Shown here: positions 32,833 to 45,960 of the stretch, piece after piece
Layout: each line of letters starts with the position of its first letter
Position numbering within the stretch: the first letter of the stretch is position 1
From: Coniocarpon cinnabarinum
Taxonomy: Eukaryota
Direction: 5' to 3'
Assembly (NCBI GenBank): GCA_051942205.1
Contig: JAVECO010000126.1
Span: 1 to 64,000 of the forward strand
DNA length: 64,000 nucleotides
Notes under the pieces: generated by a model
Database searches by the model: none
What the model saw: only the letters and a program-made list of their open reading frames with translations
Told to the model about the DNA's origin: nothing
Made by a program: the position numbers and the translations under genes

Positions 32833-35800
32833 TCAAATGTACCACATGACTCCACGAATGCCACGGTTGTTGGGCATCGTCAGCAGCTTCGCAATCTCGG
32901 TCTCACCCTTGCCGGACGAGCCGGTCTTGGTTTGGTCTTCAGGTCCCGAGGACTGACTGGGTTGGTTGATGTGCGAAGTCCCACGAGCCGCCGCCAAGTG
33001 AGCGTAGTAGATGGCTGGGTGGATCGAGACCGGCGTGGTGGAGCGCACATACTGGTATGAGGCTTCATAGATCATATTTTCGATTTCTTCCTGGCCCAGC
33101 TTGGCCTCATCCATCAGCACGTAGTAGTGCACAGGGCGTGCCGTGCCCTTGATGGCCGAATGGGCACACAAGTAGAAGTCGTACTCATACGGATGAGTAA
33201 TGCCCTGCTCGACAAGGGTTCCGGGAAGAGGATTGCCATTGCGGTCGCCCTTCTGAGGGAAGAAGCGCACATGGTGACGCTTCGTGGCTGTCACGACAGT
33301 GAATTGAGTTTGGCCGCCGGTCTTTTCGTCTTTCTTCTTGAGGACGTTCTTCATGTCTCGCACTTCTTGTTGCAGCACATGAGCATATTGGCCCTCCGAT
33401 ACACCGTCACGGAAATAGACCACGTGTTTCGGTGCCTGACCACCACCCAGAGTCTGGATCCAGCGATCGCACAGCATGCCGAAGTGTTCGTCCCAATTCT
33501 CCTGGGTGATCATCTCAACACGATGGCCATTGCTCTCGACAGTGCCGGCGTACTTGAGGCCCTGTTTGTCGAATGACACGGTGATGGCAGCAATAGAAGG
33601 AGAAACGTCTGCCCCAGGAGCAGCGTGCGAAACATCAGCGCCCACGTACATGGTTGATCTGTTGATCCATCCTTTCGGGCGAACCACGCCAACGGCACGT
33701 GCTGTTGCTCCCCCAAGCTTCGCATTGACTTTCATGCAGACATTGGAGCAGTACTGAGCTTGGGCTTTGACCACATGCGCTGCCTGCAAGACTTGCGAGA
33801 CGACTCCGTAACGGCAGTCGGTAGACTTCTTGATTCGGGAGTAGAACTGCGCGTCGCGGTTTGGCACCACAAACATCAGGAGCTGAGGCGGCTGCTTGCT
33901 CTGATTCCCAGTCTGGGTCCAAAGCATCTCGACGCACTTGGCGGCATCGTTGACGCCCTTGATGATGACCGGATCCTTGCGGGCCACGCGTCCACCATGA
34001 CCCTCGTATATGCGGATGAATTGACGGATGAAATTCTGAACTGTGGCGGGGTCCAGGCTGTTTTGACGATCAGGAACAACACACACACCCCAGCACTGGA
34101 GAGGGGACTGGTTGACTTCGATAAACTTCTTCCCGCGGAGGTCCCAACGGCCGGAGTACTGCGGAGTGGCATCACCGCTGTTTCCAAAATTCACTCTTGG
34201 TGGCGGCAGCAGTTTTGCCGTGACTTGGGTGGGAGTCTGGCCGTCATTCAGGACTCTCAATCCGTACTTGGCCAGGTATTTGTCCTGACCCCAATTGAAC
34301 ATGCCCACACCACTCTCAATGTCCGCCCAACGGCGCGGGGGAAGAGTGACGGCGAACTTGATCATCTCAGACGTCTGCTTGTCACTCAACTTGAATCCAT
34401 AACGCTGGTTTTCTGTGATGCGGCACAGCTCCATCGGAATGTAAGTGTTCTGCCCCTTGGTCATCTTGACGACCGGCAGCTGTGGATATTGCAAACGGCA
34501 CTGGTATCGAGTCTGGAAGTAGTTCTCGATGGAAACCCACTGGGATTGTTGACCGTTGTCACCCTTGAGCTCAATGCGCTGTTCCTGCGCATTTTTCATG
34601 ATGAATTTGTCGATTATGTATGAGTCCGGGTTCTTCTCATCACGGTGTTTGCAGGTCACACCAAGCTTGCGAAGGCGGCGGAGCAGACGAAAGCTGAACG
34701 ACTCGCTTCCGTCACGCTCAGGACGGAGCTTCTGGACGAGGCCACCGAGGTCTTGAACATTGATCAGTTCTCGAGCGGCCGTATGGAGCGGCTGCGCGGC
34801 CCAGAAGGTGGTGTTGGCCACATCAACATTGATGGCGAGTTGGGCTTTGGGAGGGCTAATGCCAGCGCTGACGGCGCGCATAGAGGCATAGACACCTTTC
34901 ATCGCCTCAATGCCACCACCCAAAAGAGTGCGAGTCTGACCACGGCGGAAGAAGTTGCGCTTCTGCACCGTGTAGTACTGGGACGGCTGCTCGCGCAGGA
35001 GATGATCAAGGAACGCTGTCATCGGTGTCAGTGATAAACCAAATCTTTGATCAGTGGGAAGAAGACTCACTCATCGCTTCAATACAATTGTTGTCCCAAC
35101 TCTTCAGCGTACCATCCAGGTACCCCTTCAGAGAGTCCATGCGGACGGTTTTCGCCATGCGGATAACGAGGCGGGTCGTGTTGGATTTGCCGGGTTTGGG
35201 CTCGCGGCCTGAAGCCTTGTCGAGATCGATGTCGGACACGACGAATTCTTTGCCAATGTCGTCCGGCCCATACGCAATCTTGTTGCCATCATAGATCCAG
35301 CCAGTCCCATTGTCAGTGAGGAGTCGCTGCACATCTGCGCTGTGCCAGGCCTTGTTGTTTAGGCCTTTCTTCTCATTTCCACTTCCGACTTGTACCTAAA
35401 GCGCAAAGTTTAGTCGACCCAAGTAAAGACGACGAAGCAGCATTGCGGACTCACGTCATATTGAAAGACCTTGCGCGTCGGAAGCTGGCTGACGGGGAAT
35501 CCGTTCAGACGCACTTGAATGGCTTGACCAGTGGGGTTAATCTGACCAGGACGAGTTGGAAGATCGTTCGGAACGGGAAGCTGCGGGATATAGTCAATAA
35601 CGTTTGCGTGATGGAATACCTTGGCGGCCATCGTGGATGATGACTCGTGGAGGTTTCAAGATGCACGATTGGTGGAGAATTGTGCTTTGTCGAATGTGGT
35701 CTTTGGGAGATAGGAAGAGAAGAGGATGCAGGACTGGGATGGTGGACATTATATATCCGTCAGGAAAACAACTGCCTTCGCCATTGACTCACAGCAATTC

Positions 35801-36274
35801 AATATGCGATGAAAGGCAGCGTCAATCCGCGAAGGTTACATTAAACCGAATTGGGAATGGGTGGAGAATAGGTGGAGGTAGATGGTGACGAAAGGTGCCT
35901 CGACGCATTGATGAATGATGACAATGGATGAAAAGGAAAACAATGAAGCATCACGATATGCGGCAGCATGAACGTGATCAGCATCGACTCACCCCAAGTT
36001 GAAGATAAGAACTGCGAAGGCCCAAGTCGAGATTCTTGATAGCCTTGACTGCAACGACACCACCGGCATCGCTTCCTGTAAACAATGCTGGGCGACCAGC
36101 ACCAGGGTCGGCACCACCATCGTAACGAGTGGGAGGCGACGCCTGCTCAGGCGGCGAATTCGGCGAAGGGGAGTCTTGAGTCTCAGGCGACTCAGGCGAC
36201 TCAGGAGACTTGTTCCCGTTGCCGTTGCCGTTGCGGCGCTCTTTGCGAGCACGGTGTTTTCCAGCACCGGCCAT
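32833..36274 (-). CDS. Argonaute (QDE-2/Ago1-like) with intact DEDH slicer tetrad
   Basis: Exons 36274-35993, 35580-35455, 35395-35071 and 35015-32833. N domain WIYDGNK; PAZ (YFQTRY..LQYPQLP, YIPMELC); MID (QAQYCSNVCMKVNAKLGG); PIWI VGADVSH, RVEMI, YFRDGVSEGQ, KRHHVRFF, GTARPVHY, YYAHLAA; C-terminal MWYI. Probable 5'UTR introns at 36280-36344 and 36394-36831. Confidence 0.96.
35631..35755 (-). promoter_or_regulatory. Candidate intronic promoter (TATA box, CT-rich leader, in-frame ATG) inside Argonaute intron 1
   Basis: Minus-strand TATATAA at 35755-35749, then a pyrimidine-rich tract, then cacgATGG at 35631, in frame with exon 2 and with no stop. Confidence 0.5.
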
Positions 36275-37819
36275 GATTGCTGGATGTTAGCTGCACATAT
36301 GCATCAGTAAGTGGAGATGAGAGCGGCAGAAGTGGACGGCCTACCTGATCGAGGCGATGATTGTCGTTGTCAAGAGCGAGTGGAGTGGACGCTCTGCACA
36401 GATTACGTCAGCGATGATGGTCACCGAAGCAACGCGTCCGGAGTCAGACTGCTTTGGACGAAACAACGTACCCCAGGCACGTCGCCTTTGACAGAGTGAT
36501 GTTGCTTGCCTTGCAGCTTGCACAAGCTATTGCTTGGGTATCAGATGAACGGAGCACAAAGAGAGAAGAGGGTGTCGTCAAAGCAGAGACAAGATGAAAG
36601 GTGGGTGATGGTGACGATCAAGAGGAAGAGAGCGGTGGAAGGGAGTTTTGTGCCCGCAGAGGCTTGGCAGCTCACATGCAAGAATTGGATCAGGAAGCGA
36701 CTGGCGGTGGATGGGTGATGAGCAGAGAGAAGGATGTGAGAAGTGACGCCCTCAAGCGACGTTGAGAGGCGTGGTCAAGGAAGGTGAGAGGGCAAAAGAA
36801 CAAGTGGAAGTCATGAACGAACAGAACTTACCTCAGGAAGTGTGGCGAGGAAGGGACGAGAGAGGGCGGAGTCTCGAAGCAGCGGCGAGGAAGGGTCCAA
36901 GGGGGGAAAGGTAAGTAAAGACACAGGTAGGTATGTTCTTTTGACCCGCTGGATTCCAAAAGGTCGGGGAGGAGAGAGAGAGATGGATGGAATGGAAAAG
37001 AGCAGCTGCCCGCCCTGCGATTGTCCACCGCCTTTCCACCGCCTTTCCACGTCGCACAAACGCCCTCACACATCCACGATTTCCCGTCTCACACGCTCAC
37101 ACCTGCATGCTCCAGCTCCAGATCAAGGGGGGAACTAGCACTGTCGGTTGTAGTGTGCAGCGGCGGAGAGCAGGTCAAGGAGCAGCCAGAGATTGAGGGA
37201 GGGATGGATTGAGAAGACCAAGAGACGATTTGTGAAATTGGAGACCAGGTCAGACGGGGCCAGTGCGCTTCCACACGTTGTGGCGCCTGCCCTCGCGTGA
37301 TTCGCTGCAGAACGCCTGGGGCGACTAGCGCTGTCCCACGCGTTGGAGCCTGACATGGGGCGAGAGCCATTCTTTCCATCTCTGGTCTTAATCACTGCAG
37401 ACAACAAACGCCCACGCAGCGCGTCAAGATAGGTAGAGAAGAGTTCTTCGGTTCATAAAGCAGTTCTGATGCAAATCCCCATGAATTGGAGCTCGCGACC
37501 GGCTCAGCCCATTCTCATGCGCATCGCAGACCCTGCAATTGCGTGGGTCTGAAAACCGCACAGTGTCTTCAGGCACCCTGCGACACGCCATCACGTGCTC
37601 CGTGTTGCCTCAGGCGGTGACCGAGACGCTAACATCCTACCAAGCACCCAATGCTATGCAGCAGACCGTCTTTCGCTATTGACAACCACCGTGATGCTCC
37701 CAGTCGCCTTCCATGTGCATGATGCTTGCCTGATCCATGTCAATGCACTCGCTTCCAACGCCTTGCTATGCCCTGTCAAAAGCATTTTCGTGAAAACTGC
37801 GACACCTGCAGATCAAGAT

Positions 37820-40800
37820 CTACCTAGGGAACCCGTATGCTGCGGTTTCGGACGTTAGCTTATGTACCTAGTCTGGCTAGCTCCAGAAAGAACGCATGAC
37901 TTACCACTCGGAGGTGCGTAATATCCCTGATGTCCATAATTGGCCTGCGGTGTCGGTTGAGGAGGTTGATAAAACGCTTGCGGGTTTGGCGTTTGAGCGT
38001 AAGCTGGCGCTGCCAGTGGTGGCATCGGCATCTGTTGTTGAGTTTGACCAGACCGCAGGATGTTTGGGTTGACGCGCGTGAGATCAATAGTGCGCAGCAG
38101 CTGCACCATCTTCTGCGGATCGAATCGGGTCGCCTGGTAAGTATGCGCAGGGGGGATCCTCGCCAGCATCGAGAAAACGGCGGGCGGGAGTGTGGGAGGA
38201 GGTGCGGGCGGCAGCTGAGCTGGAGTTGGTTGGGGCGTGACTTCGTTCGCCAGGCCTGTCTTGCGCGCTGCATCGAGCCGACGGCCGGCGGCACCTTTCA
38301 GTGGAGACTCGCCTCGAGCAATCTTCCGCGCAGGCGCTTCCGCATCGGAGTCATCGAGAGGTCGCTTGGGAGATCGCTTGTTCCCCTCATTGCCGTTGCC
38401 GAACTGTGCGAGCCCCATTCGTGGTGATCCGTGTGGCGAGGGCTCCTGCTTTGTGATCTGCTCAATGAGATTTTGGATCTTTGCACGCGTTTGCGTTTGC
38501 GGTGAAATGACTGGATGGACAGAGCACGGATCAAATTCAGGTTTGCTGAATCGCTGCTCAAATAGGAGAAGTTTGGGGTCTTCGGGGTAGAGCGTATTCA
38601 TTCGCTGCTCTAGTTTTCTGATTTGTTCCAGCTCGCCATAGCGTGATTCATAATGGTGAAACAAGGCGAAGACTGCCTTCGCCCTCGCCTTCATGTCAAG
38701 CTTCTCCGCAGGTGACAGTTTTTGATCCTTGGGTTGCGTGAGGTTCTTGACGATCGTCGCAAAGGTGGCACGACCGTTCGTCATGTCGTTGGTGTTCATC
38801 TGATATTTGAGAAACTCCATTGCGAACTTCTCATCGTGTGGGAAGAGCTTCAACCCTCTTTCGAATATCTTGCCAGCGGTAGGATCATTGTAGCAGTGGT
38901 GTTCTAGAAGAGCAGCTGCCAGGTAAAAATCGCCATTAAGACGCCCTCGTCTCCGAGCATCCACCAACACGCCACGCATGCCTTTGATAGCGGCGTTGGG
39001 GTTGCCTTTGCCCTGCACACGACGCATTGCCCGCATCAAGGCTGTCCAAGTGGAATTGATCAACCTCTTAAGCAGCTCCTCTTGCTCTTTTGCCGCTCTT
39101 GAAACTACCTCCACTTGATGCTTGAGTTCAGTGTTTGGATCCTGCGCTTGGCTCTGCTCGTCTTGCTCGTCTTCCGCATTCTCCGTTGGCTGCACTGCGC
39201 TGCCATTCATAGACGCAAACTTCTCCTTCACTTGAGCGATTGCGGTCTGCTCGCGCTCGGTGTTCTTGGTGACGAGTGAATAGAGCGTGTCAAGGCACGT
39301 GTCGTAGGGCGTGCGGACTTTGGCTCCTCGATCCTGAATGCTCTCCTCGGTGTCATTGTTTGTGGTTGTCGACTCGATGCGCTCACCTTTCTTGAAAGCG
39401 AGTAAACAGCTCTCGGGATTTGCTTCGAAACCTTGGTCAAGATACTCATCACCCTTTTGGGTTTGCTCGGTCTCATAGCAATACTGAGCTGCCTCAAACC
39501 AGATTTGGGGCCAAAATCGAAGTGACATCGTTGCTTGGTTGTAGACATGCAGAATGCGCTTTTGGAATGCTTCCTTCTGTCCTTCATCGTTCAAAGCCAG
39601 CGGATCATCCTTTTCCCAAGCGATCCACTTGTTCCACATCTCGATTTGTTTCGCGTACTCTTCGTCGCCTTCACAACCTGACAATGGAGGGAGCACTGGC
39701 GTAGTGGAGCGATTCAGACCACGAGTCATGTTTTGTAATGTGATCTTCGAACTTCTTGCGGTCATGTAATCCGCCGATTTCTCCTGAAGATTCTTTCGAC
39801 CCTGTGATAAGTCAGCGCTTGCAGGTCTCAACACTCTACGCAGATTAATTTTCGCACGCACCGTCATCTTGTTGAGATCCATCTCAAATTTGTCATAATC
39901 TTTCCACAAGGTCTCAACAGCCTCCGTCGGAATCGCAATTGCAGTCTGATATGCTTTTCGCACAGTGTCCATTTTCTGCTTGTCCTGCCAATCAGACCCA
40001 CCAATGACACCAGGCCCTGATTTCAAGAAGTCTATATAATCCTGCCACAGTCGGCCAGCATCTTTATCGATGCCCACGCCATCCAAAATAAAATTGAAAA
40101 CGGTTTCAACTGTCTTGCGATTTGCTTCAGCTTTCTGACCGGTCAAGGGGTTTCGACGACGGATGTAGTTCAGGTAGGTGGTCCAAAGACCCAAGCTATG
40201 AAGCTTGCCCACACATTTTTGAAGAATGGCTTCTGCTTCTGCAAATCGGTCTTGATCGAGTTCAAAATTGACATATGCTGTCCACTGGTCGGCCTATTCA
40301 CGATCAGCAAAGAACAGCAACAGCAAAAGAAGAGTCTTGTCTTACGTTGGTCGGAAATGTCGCCAAAAATCGGTCGTAAGTCTGTCGAACTTCCACAACT
40401 TTTTGACGCCGCTTGTGCTCTTCAATGAGAGACAACCAGGCGTCAGTGTCACCTTTAGGGTCCTCACGAATGCGATCTTGTAAGATGCCGACACGATCAC
40501 TAGGAAGCCTGGCAGAAGACGCGACAGTCGTTGCAGACTTGTCACCAGTACCGTTGGCCGTGGTGGGACGTGACATGGTGGAAGAAGCATTGTGCGGGGT
40601 AGGATTCATGGAAGATCTACCAGCAGCTGCAGCATGAGAAGAAGCAGAGGGAGACAAGACAGGGTCAGCGGCAGAGCCGCCGGCGACAGCATTATCAGCA
40701 ACGGTCTGAAGCGGAGCAGGCTCAGGGTCTGCGGTGGTGTGTTCTTGCTCTTGATTGGCGTTACTAGACGTTGAAGTCGGGAAGGCCATAGAAGACTCTG

Positions 40801-41125
40801 GATGTGAAGGTGATACGGGAGCAGGGACTTCAGAGTAAGGAGCAGGAGCTTGTTGCTGTGGAGGTGTGGTAGAGAGACCACCATCTATATTTGGGTCGTA
40901 CTCTGATTCAGCGGACATGCCGTTCGACTGAGCGGCGGCCTCCTCTTGTTCGTCGTCATCGTCCTCGTCATCGTCGACGAAGCCGCCGATTGTTCGAGTT
41001 TGCGCGTTTTGCGCGTTCACAGGAAGGGATTGTGCTTGGGGTGATTGGGCAGGAAATGTGGTTGGTTGTGATGTCGCGGACAAGGAGTCCACGTCGGGAG
41101 CTGAGGTATTACCTTCTTCGGCCAT
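37820..41125 (-). CDS. RNA14: mRNA 3'-end processing factor Rna14/CstF-77 (HAT repeats)
   Basis: RLPSDRVGILQDRIREDPKGDTDAWLSLI, LWTTYLNYIRRRN, GIDKDAGRLWQDYI, WIAWEKDDPL, LRFWPQIWFEAA, WTALMRAMRRVQGKG, KIFERGLKLFP. Introns 40294-40345, 39802-39861 and 37840-37904; last micro-exon ends at TAG 37820. Confidence 0.93.
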
Positions 41126-41713
41126 TGCGGCCGTTAAGATTGGTACGATGACCAATGCAGACGATGAGAACAGTGCCTCGAGTATTCGCGGTTGGCTATT
41201 GCTCGTTTCTTGCTTGCGGTCAGGTTGACGCGATTGTTGAATTTGTCGACGTCGGGATCAGTATGTTGTTGGGATCAGTAGCACAAGGTGAGCTGCTCAG
41301 CGAGATGTGAACAAGATGTTGAGAGTTTCTTGGTGCCCTTGAAAGTGCAGCGAAGTTGATGAGTTGGGTGAACAAAGGTGAAAGCTGGTCGCAAGAGGTA
41401 GACAGAGTGAATGAAACCTGCCCAGGGATCCGATAAAGCTAGACGTAGGGCTGAGGGCTACTCGGCGCAATTCCGCGCCTGGCACGTGCAATTGGGTGAC
41501 GTCGCCCGCGAGAAACGCGCTACAGCCCTACCATTAACTACACGTCCCACGCGTTGTTTCTTGAACGACACGCCGGCCACCGGGATTCTCATCTCTTTTC
41601 CTCAACTTCTTCACTGTCACACTTAGCTTCTTCTTCTCGCAGTATACTCTTCGCTTCTTTACAGTCTCTCGACATATCAAGACAGTCTCAAATTACCGTC
41701 CACCGTTTTCACA

Positions 41714-42733
41714 ATGTCCGTCGTCTCACTTCTGAACGTCGACGTGCGTAACAACCCGGCACCATTTGCTGCTCCATACGAGTTCGAAATCACATTCGAA
41801 TGCCTTGAGCCACTTCAGAAAGGTACTCGAAATCCCAGTACCAGTATGATCTACTCGTTGAAAGCTAACCATCCCATAGACCTGGAATGGAAAGTCACCT
41901 ACGTCGGCTCCGCAACCTCGTAAGCTCTCCCCTCACAAAACTCCTCTCAACTCCACAACTGACTCTTGCCCAGCTCCGAACACGACCAAGTCCTTGACAC
42001 CCTTCTCGTCGGTCCCGTCCCTGTCGGCGTCAACAAATTCGTCTTCGAAACCGAAGCCCCGGACCTCTCCAAAATCCCTAACACGGAAGTCATCGGCGTC
42101 ACAGTCGTGCTCCTCTCCTGCGCCTACGATGACCGCGAATTCGTCCGCGTCGGCTACTACGTTAACAATGAGTACGCTGACGAAGCACTCGCAAATGATC
42201 CGCCTGCCAAACCGGTGACCGACAAGGTCAAGCGAAATATTCTCGCTGAGAAACCGCGAGTTACGAGGTTCGCGATTAAGTGGGACTCGGAGGAGTCGGC
42301 GCCCGCGGAGTATCCGCCTGAGCAGCCTGATGTCGATGCGGCTGAGGACGACGAGGCGGCGTATGGAGCCGATGAGGTCGAAGAAGAGGTCGTAACGCTT
42401 GAAGAGGAGTCTAAGACGGAAGGCGGAGAAGACGCAGAAATGGGCGGTGTCGAGGAAGCTTCAGCAACGGCCAATGCCCCCACTGAAGACGACAAGGTCG
42501 AAGAAGGCGATGACGACGACGCCGGCTCCGAAGATCTGGAAGCCGAGAGCAGCGGCGAGGACGACGAAGAAGAAGTCGAGGTCGTGGAGGAAGAGGGCGA
42601 GGGTGAGGGCGACGAGGACCACGAAATGGAGGACGGAGCACCGGACGAGGCCAAGGGGGAGGCGTCGGAGCAGAAGCCCATGGATCAGCAGCAGGGACAG
42701 GGTGGCCAGCAGGCTGATGTGATGGTGCATTAG
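41714..42733 (+). CDS. ASF1: Histone H3-H4 chaperone Asf1
   Basis: [90 protein letters not shown] and an acidic tail. Two short introns (~41823-41879, ~41920-41973). Confidence 0.97.
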
Positions 42734-43099
42734 CCATCGCCTAACATGACCAGCTGAGTAGTCGTGAAGCCGTCGGCGTGGTTACTCTTTTCATGATTCG
42801 CGGCGTTCTCGGATTATGATTTGGAAAGCACATCGGAAAGAGCTCGCGTAGATATTAATGACGGACATCGGTTGTGATGATATGACCATGGCATAGCTTC
42901 TTACACATGCTTCTCTGCATCTACAAGTTCCGATCTCAGGAACACTTGCAAGCCGTATCCCGAGTAAGCCGGAACAGTCGCAACGCAAAGAACTCGAAAA
43001 GGCAGTCTTCAGATTCAACGTGAAGATATCGTACAGTTTCTTCTAGGCTTAATTAGCTAATTGCACATCTTTTAGTGTCTCGCTTCTTCCAGCATCTGA

Positions 43100-45088
43100 T
43101 CATCTCCTGGGCATCCCTCTACCCCGTCCTCTGGCTCTCAAGGCTCTTTGAGCGGCCCCAGGCGGCAAGCCTCTCTGCGGCGGCGCGCCTTGCTCACTCT
43201 CCTCATTCCTGATCGTCTCATCGACACTCAAAATCAGACAGCTGGCCTCAGTCGCCGCTTGGATTGCGTTTACTTTCACCAGCGCAGGCTCCCAGACATG
43301 TCGTGCCAACAAATCCTCAGCAACGCCTGTTTGTGAGTTTGCTGACGGCGCTGAAGGTGTGGTAGTCGTATAGCCGTCCGCATGAGCAGGCACGGCGCCA
43401 TTCACGCCGTTTGTTGCGTTTTGTTTGAGTGACTCAGGTGATGGGTCCGCGGACGAAAGATCCACTCCTGCCCACTTGCGGCCGTGCACCGCGTGTTCTA
43501 CGCGTAACCGGTTCAGCACGTCTGTTGCGTCCAGTCCTGCATTGTCACAGAGTAGTCGCGGTATCACCTCCAGCGCTTTAGCGAAGGCTTTAATGACACT
43601 TTGCTGTTTGTACGGCACGCCTTCGCCGGTGTCTGCATAACGATGAAGCTGACATGACACCTCCATCTCTGCTGCGCCTCCGCCTGCGACGATGGACTGA
43701 TGTTGCAGCGCGCGCTTGACCACCATGATAGCGTCGTGAAGAGAGCGCTCGACTTCTGCAATGAACTGTTCTGCACCGCCGCGAAGGAGGAGCGTGCACG
43801 TGCGAGCTTGAGGGCAGCCGGTGAAGAAGTTGTAACGCTCGCTGCCAATCTGCTTCTCTTCAAACGAAGCGCAAGTGCCCAGCGCAGTTTGAGGGATGCT
43901 GGAGCACGTCGACAGGACGGTTGCGCCAGTGGCTGCACACACCCGGTCGAGGTCTGCAGAGGAGACGCGGCCCGCACAGAAGACGTCTCGATCTGCGAAA
44001 TATTGCGTTGCAAGGTCGCCAATCGGTAATTTGCTCAGCACAACCTTGGCGCCGCTCTTGTAGATGTTCTCGCATTTGTCGAAGATGATCTTCCACTCTG
44101 CGTCCACGATTGCTTGATACTCTGACACTTGTTCCACTCGGACTTCAGCATTATCCTTCTCTGCTTTTAGTTCGAGCTCGACGTTCAGACATATGATTGG
44201 AGGGTCGCTGAATGACTTGGGTTGTTGCTCAAAACCGGCGTAGGAAAAGGTCTTCTTGAAGGCGACACCTTGGATAAAGAGGGAGTCCTGTAGCGCACCG
44301 CCGGTGGCTTTCTTGGTGGCAATGTGAGAGATGTTGAGGTCGGCGGGGTCGAGTGTGAGCACGGCGTCGACAACCACTGCATGACATGGTCAGTAATGGA
44401 GCTTGCGAGGACACGCAGTGCGAACGTGAATGGACATACTCTTGGTGAAGAAATCGGCGTTTCGGTGAATAAGCTTGCTGCTCATTGCTGTGCCGGCCAA
44501 CTTCCTTAGCGTTTCATATTGCGTGTCCTTACTCTGCTCGCCGATGCTCTCACTCATCTCCATGACCCGCTGCGTTGCGAGCTGGCTTGCCCTCCGTAAA
44601 CCCTTGACGATGATGTTGCTACTCACACCGTGCTCGACTAAGTCTTTGACCTCCTTCAAGATCTCGCCGGCGAGCACCACCACGCTCGTCGTCCCGTCAC
44701 CGACTTCCGCATCTTGGCTCCGCGCAATATCTGTCAGTATTCTAGCAGCAGGATGCACGATGTCGAGAAGCTTCATAACGGTCGCCCCATCATTTGTGAT
44801 GGTCTGCTTGCCATTTTCGTCAACCAGCAAGAGATCACCACCATAGGGTCCGAGCGTAGTTTTAATTGTGTTTTGGACAGCAAGGCAGGCATTGATATTT
44901 GATAGTATTTGAGGCCGGCCTTGTGATTGGTCGGTACCTGAGGGCGTCAGCCGAGAATGAAAGGGACGCACTTAAAAGCCTGAGGTCCATGCTGCGAAGC
45001 GACAAGAGCAAGCGACCTGGCTCTGGAAAGTGGCCACAGTACCTTCTTTCAGAACTACAATCGTTGGTGTCTGACCGCCAAAGTTCAT
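43100..45088 (-). CDS. CCT7: T-complex protein 1 subunit eta (CCT/TRiC)
   Basis: ATG 45088 [22 protein letters not shown]. Introns 44938-45042 and 44377-44439. [67 protein letters not shown]-terminal GRGRGMPRR. Confidence 0.96.
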
Positions 45089-45927
45089 TTTGGATCAACC
45101 CAGACGGTGAGGATCGACCCAAGGGCTGCGAAGGCGTCGTACGTGTCTTGAGGCGCGATCAAAAAGGTCCTGCGGCCTGACGTGGGAGAAGCGTGCAGAG
45201 AGACTGGCAAATCCTGACAATGCTCACTCACTTCATCTCGACAGTTTCGTAGAGAAACGGGGCGAGGAAGAGAGCTGCGAGACGCTATGCCCATCTTGTA
45301 CAAGCGTGGTATACAGCTGAACAGGACTGTGAGCACGTGAGGGCGTAGTTTGTTATCACTTCGGCCTACTTAGCCCTCACAGCCGTGTTTCGAGACTGAA
45401 AACGTCCGCGACCAGAACGACGACACACCTGTTATGGGGCCTCGTGTCTCGGTCAATATTCCGCAGCCCTCCAGCCATTGATCGCGTCAGTCTGACACCA
45501 ATTCGTAGTTCGCCCTCGTCACCCACTTCGGCCGTCTGCTAGGCATAGTCTGCCGCATGCAGCCTTTGCCTCACCGTCAACCGCTTCCGAGTTGCGAATA
45601 TATCGCCAGCCAAAAATTCGCGTTACACTATTTTTGCTGCTGAGGATGGGCTTGTGTTTTCCACTCACTTAGAGTCCTCGGGCAAGGTGTGGTAACCCCT
45701 GAACAGTGCTATGTGCGTCCGGACACGAACCCAGATTACAATCGGCAATTTGCTGACTTACTCACTGCGGCCAATGCATGCCGCATGTGAGATCTTTTGC
45801 CTGCGGCCCCATTTATGATTTGTACTTTTGCGTAGCGTTGCGACGGGATTTCTTCGAGTTTCAGGCTTCGCTTAGCTCAGTGGGTCGAATAGGCAACCAG
45901 AGCGCTGTTTTCAGACACGTATATTTT

Positions 45928-45960
45928 CATCATCATCATCATCATCATCAACCTCATCAT
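45928..45960. repeat. (CAT)n microsatellite
   Basis: Seven perfect CAT units plus a degenerate tail. Confidence 0.9.

Noticed and set aside
33760..34623. 287-aa ORF antisense to Argonaute, and similar antisense ORFs over ASF1, VPS41, POL2 and CCT7
   Set aside because: Shadow ORFs expected from codon bias of the sense gene; no recognisable motifs.
45700..45920. tRNA-like fragments (TAGCTCAGTGG A-box-like; GGTTCGTGTCC on the minus strand; GGCCAATGCA)
   Set aside because: The pieces lie on different strands or at the wrong spacing; no cloverleaf with both A and B boxes can be built.
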